From contig CBDCRW010000005.1 in the NCBI GenBank assembly GCA_965221125.1, positions 1 through 64,000 of the forward strand: 64,000 nt of DNA, in the 5' to 3' direction. Numbering within the stretch: position 1 is the stretch's first letter; every line of letters begins with the position of its first letter. The notes beneath the pieces were generated by a model. That model was not told where the DNA came from, did not search any database, and worked only from the letters and a program-made list of their open reading frames with translations. Positions 1-7,320 of the stretch are shown piece by piece. The stretch is from Alphaproteobacteria bacterium. Its GTDB lineage: Bacteria; Pseudomonadota; Alphaproteobacteria; UBA828. Position numbers and translations under genes: made by a program.

Positions 1-138
1 GCGCGGGCGACGGAGCGCAGGGAGAGCACGGTCCGCTGGCACATCAAGCACATCTTCAACAAGCACGGCTTCAATCGGCAATTGGAGCTGGTGCAACTGG
101 TGCTGTCCCTGGCCACCATTCCGGAGTCGGGGCGCTGA
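1..138 (+). CDS. LuxR-family HTH regulator, C-terminal end (partial)
   Basis: Frame 1 reads ARATERRESTVRWHIKHIFNKHGFNRQLELVQLVL*, resembling the LuxR/GerE C-terminal STVxxHxxxIxxK pattern. Confidence 0.65.
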   Translation, partial: ARATERRESTVRWHIKHIFNKHGFNRQLELVQLVLSLATIPESGR

Positions 139-642
139 AGCCGTCGAGGAAATGCCGGCAGGTGCCGGGCACTTCAGCCGTCAATTTTCGCTCGGCAGCG
201 GCGGCGGCATCCGCAGTTATTGATGGCCGCCGGCGGCAGAGTTTTCGGCCTTGTTCCGGACGCGGAATCGCGTTCGCGACCGCACAGTTTCCGCGCCGCA
301 TCGCCGCGGCCAGGCGCGCCACGTGCTCACGACCGGGCCGCTTGTCTCCCGCGCACGTGCGGACCCCGCCTATGGGGGCTTTACGCGCTCGGCACCACGA
401 CCTATGGTGGGAGACACAGGGCGAACACGCCAGGAAATCGATGGCAGCGGCCGGCCGTCGCCCTGATTGTTGCGCCTGTATCGAGAGCCAGGAGCCTGCC
501 CGGTGGGCCGACGATCCGCAGCGCGTCTACGCCTTCGGCACGCCGCCGTGAGCCGCGCAGTTTGCGACCGCCGGGCGGCGCGGCCGCGCAATCGCCCGGA
601 TACGGACGGCCCGCGCGGCGTCATCGGGCAAGGCCCCGGCGC

Positions 643-2277
643 ATGAACAGGCTTTACTACGGCGACTGCCTGGCGGTGATGGAGGAAATGCCGCCCGGCA
701 GCGTCGACCTGATCTACCTCGATCCGCCCTTCAACTCGAGCCGCGACTACAACGCGATCTACACGGACGAGACCGGCCGCCCCCTGCCGACGCAGATCGA
801 GGCGTTCTGCGACACCTGGATCCTCGACGAGGACCGCGAACGCGCGATCCGCCAGATGCCGATCCTCATGCGCGAAGCCGGCATCGACGACGAGGTCGCG
901 GAGTTCTGGCGCCTCTGGGTCAAGGCGCTGCGCAAGACGAACCCGCGCATGCTGGCCTATCTCTCCTACATGGTGCAGCGGCTGCTCCCCATGCGCGGGC
1001 TGCTGAAGGCGACCGGCTCCATCTACCTGCACTGCGACCCGACCGCCAGCCATTACATAAAGATCATGATGGACGCCATATTCGGGCACGAAAACTTCAG
1101 AAACGAGATTACGTGGCAGCGCACGGAAAGTCACAACACGGCCGATCGCTACGGAAATATTGCCGACATACTGTTGTATTACGCAAAGTCCAGCCAAGCC
1201 ATATGGAACCCGCAGTATCAGGACTACGGCGACGCGCAGTTGAGCCGCTTCCGCCACATGGACGGCGACGGCCGCCGCTACAAGCTGGAGAACCTCACGG
1301 CCCCGCGGCCGAACTCGAATTCCGGCAAGTTCAGCTGGCGGGGCACGCTGCCGGGGCCCACGCGCGGGTGGGGCTACAACGTCGAGCAACTGGAGGCATG
1401 GTGGCACGAGGGGCGCATCAGGACGAAAGCCGACGGCACGCCCCGGACCGACGGACTGAAGGTCTACCTGGACGAGACGCAGGGCAAACCGCTGCAGAAC
1501 ATATGGACCGACATTTCCCGAATCCCCAATACGTCGTCGGAGCGGATGGGCTACGCAACGCAAAAGCCCTTGGCGCTGCTGGAGCGCGTCATCATGGCGA
1601 GTTCGGAACCCGGAGATCTGGTCTTCGACCCGTTCTGCGGCTGCGCCACGACCATCGAAGCCGCGCACAGGCTGGGGCGGCGATGGATCGGCATCGACAT
1701 CGCGATCCACGCAATAAAGCGCGTCGCAAAGGTGCGCCTGCAGGAGCGACTTAGGCTGGTCGAAGGCAGCGATTTCGAGATCAAGGGCATGCCGCGCGAC
1801 ATGGAAGGCGCGCGCGATCTTTGGAAGCACGACAAGTACCACTTTCAGAAGTGGGCCGTCGAACAGGTGGACGGATTTGTCACCGCGCGAAAGAGCGGCG
1901 ACGGCGGCATAGACGGCCGCCTGTACTTCGCCATGCCGCAGGAAGATGCGTGGGAACGCGACCCGCTCCGTTCCATGGTGATCGAGGTGAAGGGCGGCAC
2001 TAATGTCGGCATCGATGTCGTCCGCAATTTGCGCGGCATTCTGGAGCGCGAGGACGCGGAAATGGCGGGGCTGATCGTGCTGGAAGAACCTGGTCACAAG
2101 AAGCGCGCGAGCTTCGGCCGCGAGCTGGCATTCGCCGGCGACTTGACGGTGCACGGGACGACATACCCCCGCATGCAGCTTCTCACGGTCTCGGAGATTC
2201 TGGCCGGCAAGCGCTTCACGACGCCGAGCGCGGTGGGGCGCGGCTCCCGGCAGCAACCGCTCGCCCTGGAGCGCTAA
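643..2277 (+). CDS. Amino-DNA methyltransferase (beta class) fused to a C-terminal Mrr-like PD-(D/E)XK domain
   Basis: MNRLYYGDCL start, DPPF catalytic motif, YATQKP, FDPFCG SAM motif; C-terminal DGGIDG...IEVKGG. Confidence 0.9.
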   Translation: MNRLYYGDCLAVMEEMPPGSVDLIYLDPPFNSSRDYNAIYTDETGRPLPTQIEAFCDTWILDEDRERAIRQMPILMREAGIDDEVAEFWRLWVKALRKTNPRMLAYLSYMVQRLLPMRGLLKATGSIYLHCDPTASHYIKIMMDAIFGHENFRNEITWQRTESHNTADRYGNIADILLYYAKSSQAIWNPQYQDYGDAQLSRFRHMDGDGRRYKLENLTAPRPNSNSGKFSWRGTLPGPTRGWGYNVEQLEAWWHEGRIRTKADGTPRTDGLKVYLDETQGKPLQNIWTDISRIPNTSSERMGYATQKPLALLERVIMASSEPGDLVFDPFCGCATTIEAAHRLGRRWIGIDIAIHAIKRVAKVRLQERLRLVEGSDFEIKGMPRDMEGARDLWKHDKYHFQKWAVEQVDGFVTARKSGDGGIDGRLYFAMPQEDAWERDPLRSMVIEVKGGTNVGIDVVRNLRGILEREDAEMAGLIVLEEPGHKKRASFGRELAFAGDLTVHGTTYPRMQLLTVSEILAGKRFTTPSAVGRGSRQQPLALER

Positions 2278-2700
2278 CCCGCAGGCTGAGCGCGCGGCGC
2301 AAACGATCTGCCGCGCGCCGGACCCCGATGCACGATGCGTCGCGTGGGCCGGAGGCGTCCCCATCCGCGAATCCCCCGGTCGCGTGGCGGATTCAAGCCT
2401 GAAAGCCGGCGTGTCACGGGAATATTTCCCCGTCGTCGTCGTTTGGCGGGGCATTTCTCCTTGACGGCCGGGCCTGTGAGCGATAGGGAACGAACCGTTT
2501 GGTCCATTCATGGGCGAGACGCAAGGCATCTGCATTGCGCGCACCGGCACCGCCCACCGTGCCCTGCGTGAGAGACGGACCCGCTTGGGCACCGTAACGG
2601 CGGTAGCCTGCCCGCTCTCTCGCCCGCGCCCCGCGCTCGCACCCCGGATCGAGGACGGCAAAGTGAGATACGGCAACGAACTTTTTTTGGGGTTTTTGCC

Positions 2701-2755
2701 GAGATAAGCCGAGACAAGCCGAGACAAGCCGAGACAAGGTGAGACAAGGTGAGAC
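2701..2755. repeat. 10-bp tandem repeat GAGACAAG(CC/GT), about 5.5 copies
   Basis: gagataagcc gagacaagcc gagacaagcc gagacaaggt gagacaaggt gagac read directly. Confidence 0.85.
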
Positions 2756-2960
2756 GGCACATCGCGGTCCACAGGCGCCCGGCCGCGCCACCGCGCTGCG
2801 CGCCTCTCCGTGCCTGTCGGCCGGACAGCGCCGCGCAGACCATGACCGTGGCGAGAAATGCGGGCCGGTCTCATGCCGCCATCCTGCCGCGAACTCCCCG
2901 CCCCGTTCACCGCACCATGGTCCGGGTGCCGGGAGGGAGGCACCGCCCTTTCCACTGGCG

Positions 2961-3006
2961 TCCCCCCTCCGCCCTTCAAGGGGGGAGGGGGCCAGGGGGA
3001 GGTGGG
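2961..3006. repeat. BoxC/REP-like palindromic repeat upstream of DUF559
   Basis: CCCCTCCGCCC-loop-GGGGGAGGGGG-CCAGGGGGAGGTGGG; near-identical copies at about 6950-6994, 30077-30120 (inverted) and 41466-41508. Confidence 0.75.
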
Positions 3007-3022
3007 TGGTAAAATCCAGCGC

Positions 3023-3460
3023 ATGGTCAAACCGAGGACGCACCGCGCCCGAGGCTTGCGCAAGGACGCCACGGCGGCCGAGCGTCTCCTGTGGCGGGCC
3101 TTGCGGGATGCGGCGCTCCCGGTGAGGATTCGCCGCCAGCACCCCATCGGGCGCTACATCGCGGACTTCGCCATTCCCGCGCGCAAGCTCGTCATCGAGA
3201 TCGACGGCGGCCAGCACGTCACCGCCGCGCGCCGGGATGCCGCCCGGACGGGCAACCTGGAGGCGCGGGGCTGGCGCGTTATCCGTTTCTGGAACAACGA
3301 CGTGACGGGCAACCTGGCCGGTGTGCTCGAGACCATCGTTGCTGAAATAGAAAGGAGATTATATACGAAGGTCACAATTCATCTCGTCTCGGACGAACGG
3401 CAATCGAAGATATCCTCGGGATTGACGCCCGGCCCCCTTTTGGTACACTCCCGGGCGTGA
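3023..3460 (+). CDS. DUF559 (Vsr-like) endonuclease; native C-terminus displaced by the IS1595 insertion
   Basis: ARGLRKDATAAERLLW, RRQHPIGRYIADF, IEIDGGQH, RFWNNDV; residues after IVAEIE are encoded by the IS left end. Confidence 0.85.
   Translation: MVKPRTHRARGLRKDATAAERLLWRALRDAALPVRIRRQHPIGRYIADFAIPARKLVIEIDGGQHVTAARRDAARTGNLEARGWRVIRFWNNDVTGNLAGVLETIVAEIERRLYTKVTIHLVSDERQSKISSGLTPGPLLVHSRA
3422..3449 (+). promoter_or_regulatory. Sigma70-like promoter in the IS left arm
   Basis: TTGACG-N16-TACACT with extended -10 TG; no convincing ORF downstream. Confidence 0.6.
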
Positions 3461-3560
3461 TCATTGGAGTGGGTGGCGACGTGCTCGTTGACCGGTCGAC
3501 GGGTTCCCTCGCCTTCGGAGGATCTCCCGTCCAACGCTGGTCCTCACCCTCCCCATCCCG
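3456..3560 (+). ncRNA. Candidate structured ncRNA
   Basis: Nested stems GGAG/CTCC, GACCGG/CTGGTC, GACGGG/CCCGTC, CCTC/GAGG directly after the promoter. Confidence 0.35.
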
Positions 3561-3580
3561 TTCGTAACCTAAGTAGATAA

Positions 3581-3656
3581 TGGAGACCCGAGCCGGATTC
3601 GAACCGGCGTAAACGCCATTTCCAGGGACGCGCCTAACCACTCGAGCCATCGGGTC
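3581..3656 (-). tRNA. Atypical tRNA-like gene: GGA anticodon on a short-variable-loop, tRNA-Cys-like body
   Basis: 76 nt: acceptor GACCCGA/TCGGGTC, U73, encoded CCA, T-arm GCCGG-TTCGAAT-CCGGC, D-loop AGTGGTTA, anticodon loop CTGGAAA; C31-U39 mismatch. Confidence 0.7.
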
Positions 3657-3717
3657 TCCATCTATTTATCGGCGTTGGCACCCTCCCCTAAGTATTTGTT
3701 TTAGAAGAAAGTTCGTC

Positions 3718-3760
3718 TTGACGCCCGTCTCCAGACGTGTTACACTTCGGTCACAATTCA
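3718..3760 (+). promoter_or_regulatory. Transposase promoter followed by an internal copy of the TIR motif
   Basis: TTGACG-N17-TACACT (3718-3746), then GGTCACAATTCA (3749-3760) identical to 3370-3381; GGAGG RBS at 3761. Confidence 0.7.
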
Positions 3761-3772
3761 GGAGGATCGGGG

Positions 3773-4753
3773 ATGGGCAAGAGTTCACCGGGCAAGGGCG
3801 ACCGCGAGGGCATCGGCCTCGTCACCCTGCTGCGGATGTTCCCCGACGACGAGGCAGCGCGGCGGTGGTTCGAGGAGCGGGTGTGGCCGGACGGCCCCCA
3901 CTGCCCCCACTGCGGCAGCCTCAACGTCCAGGCCGGCATCAAGCACAAGACGATGACGCACCGGTGCCGCGACTGCTCCAACCGCCCGATGTTCAGCCTG
4001 CGGACCGGCACCGTCATGCAGGGCTCGAAGCTCGGCTACCAGACCTGGGCCATCGCGGTCTACCTGCTGACGACGAGCCTCAAGGGCACCAGCAGCATGA
4101 AGCTGCATCGGGATCTTGAGATCACCCAAAAATCTGCTTGGCATCTGATGCATAGGCTCCGGAAATCGTTCGAGAACGACCCCGAGCCGTTCAAGGGTCC
4201 GGTGGAGGCGGACGAGACGTACATCGGCGGCAAGCGTAAGAATATGCACGCCAAGAAACGGCGGGAATTGAAGGGCCGGGGTGCCGTGGGTAAGACCGCC
4301 GTGGTCGGTGTTCGGGACCGTGACACCAAGCGCGTGAGCGCCGGGGTGGTGGAGGCGACCGATGGTCCCACGTTGCAGGGATTCGTGGCCGAGCGGGCCG
4401 CCGAGGGGACCACGGTCTATACCGACGAGGCGCGGGCGTACCAGGGCATGTCGTTCGCCCACGAGGCAGTTGCCCACAGCGTCGGGGAGTACGTCCGGGA
4501 CCAGGCTCACACCAACGGGATGGAGAGCTTCTGGTCGATGCTCAAGCGCGGGTACGTCGGCACCTACCACAAGCTCAGCCCGAAGCACCTCGACCGGTAC
4601 GTGACCGAGTTCGCGGGACGGCACAACGCCCGCGCCGCCGACACCCTCGATCAGATGACCGGCATCGTGACGGGAATGGTGGGGAAGCGGCTCCGGTACG
4701 CGGACCTGATCGCGGACAACGGACTGGAGTCGGGGGCGAAGCCGACTAAGTAG
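3773..4753 (+). CDS. IS1595-family DDE transposase
   Basis: Zn ribbon CPHCG...CRDC, EADETYIGG, VYTDE, HTNGMESFWS motifs. Confidence 0.95.
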   Translation: MGKSSPGKGDREGIGLVTLLRMFPDDEAARRWFEERVWPDGPHCPHCGSLNVQAGIKHKTMTHRCRDCSNRPMFSLRTGTVMQGSKLGYQTWAIAVYLLTTSLKGTSSMKLHRDLEITQKSAWHLMHRLRKSFENDPEPFKGPVEADETYIGGKRKNMHAKKRRELKGRGAVGKTAVVGVRDRDTKRVSAGVVEATDGPTLQGFVAERAAEGTTVYTDEARAYQGMSFAHEAVAHSVGEYVRDQAHTNGMESFWSMLKRGYVGTYHKLSPKHLDRYVTEFAGRHNARAADTLDQMTGIVTGMVGKRLRYADLIADNGLESGAKPTK

Positions 4754-4758
4754 GATTC

Positions 4759-4974
4759 ATGGAAGAGAACGCCTTTTATCCCAAGACCGTGGACAAGCCT
4801 AGTCCTGCTAATTATCCGACCGAACAAGATTTCGCGCTTGCTCACAGAGAGTGGTTTGAATGTACCGTGCTTCCTGAGCAACCTGATTGGTGTAATTGGT
4901 GTCAGTCTGTGACGATGGATATTTCAACCGGGAAATTTCATCACAAAGATGGGTGTCCAAACTCAAGAGATTAG
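4759..4974 (+). CDS. Small hypothetical passenger protein (CxxC...H..C)
   Basis: Starts 5 nt after the transposase stop; low GC; overlaps an opposite-strand ORF. Confidence 0.45.
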   Translation: MEENAFYPKTVDKPSPANYPTEQDFALAHREWFECTVLPEQPDWCNWCQSVTMDISTGKFHHKDGCPNSRD

Positions 4975-5077
4975 TCTTGACGTCGTCCTTGTGACTACCC
5001 CACTGGATCAGTAGGCGCGCCACAGCTTTGGTGAATACCTCGACCGACTTTACGTCATACGACTCCCGTTCACCCAT
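4808..5077 (-). CDS. Small hypothetical passenger protein
   Basis: AGGAGGAG RBS upstream and co-oriented with the two secreted-protein genes, but overlaps 4759-4974. Confidence 0.35.
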   Translation of the reverse strand: MGERESYDVKSVEVFTKAVARLLIQWGSHKDDVKTNLLSLDTHLCDEISRLKYPSSQTDTNYTNQVAQEARYIQTTLCEQARNLVRSDN

Positions 5078-5113
5078 GCCATCTCCTCCTGTTTTGATGG
5101 GTTGATCTGATAC

Positions 5114-5659
5114 TCACCGCAGCATCTGCTGCATCAGCCGCTGCAGGTTTACATGAGAGCGGTTGGTGCTGCCAGCGGGGCTCTCCCGCTGGTTCTTGTA
5201 CGCGACCCACCGTCCCGAGCGATTTTGGCAGGCGAAGGCGTAGTTGAGGCGGTAGTTCTTCGCCCCCGCGGGCCACGAGCGGTAGCGGTAGTTCCAGCAG
5301 TACCCTCCCCGGGGCGTTCGGTAGAATCCCCCCACGATGCCGTCGACCTCCCAGCGGTACGGACCGTCATGCACCACGACGGGGAAGGGGACCACGACCT
5401 TGCGCGGGTCGGTGCCGGGGCCTCCCCAGCCGACGAGGTGCTCCTTGAAGCCGGTCTCGCCATCCCGGCTGTACCCCAGGAATCGCATCTGGCGGGACCG
5501 GTGACTCTCGCCCTGCCGCTCGTGGACCGTCCGAGCGGACGCGCCGGAAACGGGGGCGGGGGTGAACTGTGCCCCGCCGGCGACCACCCGAAGGTCCGGG
5601 GTGCAGGCGGCAACGGAGACGACCCCTGCCAGTAGGGTTATCGCGACGAGCCCTCTCAT
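5114..5659 (-). CDS. Hypothetical lipoprotein (passenger)
   Basis: MRGLVAITLLAGVVSVAAC lipobox; 2-nt gap to the upstream gene. Confidence 0.65.
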   Translation of the reverse strand: MRGLVAITLLAGVVSVAACTPDLRVVAGGAQFTPAPVSGASARTVHERQGESHRSRQMRFLGYSRDGETGFKEHLVGWGGPGTDPRKVVVPFPVVVHDGPYRWEVDGIVGGFYRTPRGGYCWNYRYRSWPAGAKNYRLNYAFACQNRSGRWVAYKNQRESPAGSTNRSHVNLQRLMQQMLR

Positions 5660-5661
5660 GG

Positions 5662-6153
5662 CTAAAACGCGATCGTGCTCTTGGTCCCGGTGCAGTGCCG
5701 GGTGTAGAGAATCTCCAGCGCGCGGCGCAAACGGTCCGGGTCCAAGTTGTACATCGGCAGGGTGACCCGCTTGTGGCTCCCCATCGAGACCCCGGATATG
5801 ACGAGGCTGAGGTAGAGCAGATCGTTCTGCGGCTCGATGTCCGCCACGACATCGTCCCCGGCGAGAGTCATGACGAGGACCTGCCCGTTGTCGGGGAAGT
5901 AGCGGTACTCGATCTCGATGAACTCGGGGTCGACGTTATTCCAGTAGATTCGGACGTAGCCGCCCTTGCTGTCGTCCATGCCGGAGACGCACGCGCTCCG
6001 GTCGTAGATGCGGGCGGTGGCGACCCCGTTGGCCTCCCGGAGGGGGTCCCCCGTCGTCAGGTAGTTGGTAAGCTGCTGGAAGGCGTCTCCCTGCCCCGCC
6101 TCGGCCCCGGTTGCCACCATGACTGCGGCGAGCAGTATCATCGACCATCTCAT
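5662..6153 (-). CDS. Hypothetical secreted protein (passenger)
   Basis: MRWSMILLAAVMVATGAEA signal peptide with an AxA site. Confidence 0.65.
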   Translation of the reverse strand: MRWSMILLAAVMVATGAEAGQGDAFQQLTNYLTTGDPLREANGVATARIYDRSACVSGMDDSKGGYVRIYWNNVDPEFIEIEYRYFPDNGQVLVMTLAGDDVVADIEPQNDLLYLSLVISGVSMGSHKRVTLPMYNLDPDRLRRALEILYTRHCTGTKSTIAF

Positions 6154-6409
6154 CCCACACCCCACTCCGTCGCCCCGGTCCCGGCGGGCGCCGGGCCGTT
6201 GCAAGCAACACACGGGTTAGCGTGGGAAGCCCCGCCTATTCGTCCGGGACGAGGGAGCTACCCCCGACCCTGCACGGACTCTTGTATTCGAGCGGGCGAC
6301 CCGACTCAGCGGGTACCCGTGTCTTGCTTGCGGAAACGAGCGTAGGGGAGAGGACGCCGGACGGTCAACCCGACTTGACTACCGGGCGGACGGCGACCAT
6401 CAAGAGAAC

Positions 6410-6604
6410 GTGGATCAGGAACCCCGCGAGGACCCGAAACCCCCCTCCTGCCTCACGTGCCAGCACTGGTGGCCGCGGGCGGAGGGCGGGGGAACGTGCG
6501 GCAAGGTGATCGGGACCCAGAACGTCACCGAGGCGTACGACTGGTGCCGTGAGCACCAACCCCGGGGCCTGCGCGGGGTGGCCCACAAACAAACGACGTG
6601 GTAG
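6410..6604 (+). CDS. Small Cys-rich hypothetical protein
   Basis: CLTCQHW...TCG...DWCREH, a four-Cys metal-binding pattern. Confidence 0.5.
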   Translation: MDQEPREDPKPPSCLTCQHWWPRAEGGGTCGKVIGTQNVTEAYDWCREHQPRGLRGVAHKQTTW

Positions 6605-6617
6605 GAGCGAAACCGCC

Positions 6618-6779
6618 GTGAAGGACGAGTCGAAGCCTCCCGTCGTCCGAATCAAACCCTCCAGCTATCAGCCGCCCAAGGCCGAACTGGAAGAGGACGT
6701 ACGCATCGACGCCACCCCGGAGGAACTGGCGCGTGCGGTGCTGCGTCAGGTGAGAGTGGTCAAGGACCCGGAGGCGTGA
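6618..6779 (+). CDS. Small hypothetical protein at the IS right end
   Basis: AGGAG RBS, GTG start, YQPPKAELEEDVRIDATPEELARAVL; stops 6 nt before the TIR. Confidence 0.55.
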   Translation: MKDESKPPVVRIKPSSYQPPKAELEEDVRIDATPEELARAVLRQVRVVKDPEA

Positions 6780-6821
6780 CCGGGCAATTGTGATCTAGGT
6801 ATATAATCTCCAATAGAAAAG

Positions 6822-7083
6822 ACCCCCACCTCACCCCAACCCTCTCCGCCCCCAGGGGCGGAGAGGGAGTAGTCCCCGCCCTCTCAGCCTGCGTTCCCCC
6901 TCCGCCCTGCCGGATTGGACGGGAGTAGCCCCGCTTTTTCCGATGGCGTTCCCCCTCCGCCCTTCAGGGGGGAGGGGGCCAGGGGGAGGTGGGCGTTGGA
7001 CCCGGAGCGCACCCCGCCCGAGCGGGAAGGACAAGCGCCCCCTCCTCACCCCGGCCCTCTCCTCCCCGAGGGGAGGAGAGGGG
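6822..7083. repeat. Cluster of BoxC/REP-like palindromes
   Basis: CCTCACCCC-N-CCCTCTCC-loop-GGAGAGGG units at 6822-6868 and 7038-7083; opposite-orientation unit at about 6950-6994; partial unit near 6895. Confidence 0.8.
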
Positions 7084-7219
7084 AGCGCCCGGCGACAGGC
7101 GAGGCGTTTGCCAGCCTAGCGCCGGGCCGAAGGCCCGGACGGCGCGACCGCGCCGCGCGCGAAGCGCGTAGGCAAGCGAGCGGAGCGAGCGCCCGCCGTC
7201 GAGGGAAAAACGTTAAGGC

Positions 7220-7253
7220 AAAAAAAGAGGGTGGCGCGGTGTGCGCCACCCTT
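7220..7253 (-). terminator. Rho-independent terminator of the lipoprotein gene
   Basis: Minus strand AGGGTGGCGC-loop-GCGCCACCCT followed by a T7 tract. Confidence 0.8.
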
Positions 7254-7320
7254 GAAACGAAGCCTACTCTCGCAGCGCGGTCAGGCCCCCGTGGACGGGA
7301 GCCTGACCTGCTGGCTTGTC

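Larger units (their letters stand above)
3354..6811 (+). mobile_element. IS1595-family cargo transposon
   Basis: TIRs GGAGATTATATACGAAGGTCACAATT (3354-3379) and reverse-complement GGAGATTATATACCTAGATCACAATT (6786-6811); TSD AATAGAAA at 3346-3353 and 6812-6819; internal transposase. Confidence 0.93.

Noticed and set aside
2701-2755. Possible CRISPR array
   Set aside because: 10-bp units without spacers; no cas genes in the window
370-3147. 925-aa minus-strand ORF and similar long ORFs (14089-16290, 30941-33148, 46003-48003, 58192-60042)
   Set aside because: Antisense shadows of motif-bearing genes in high-GC DNA; no recognisable motifs
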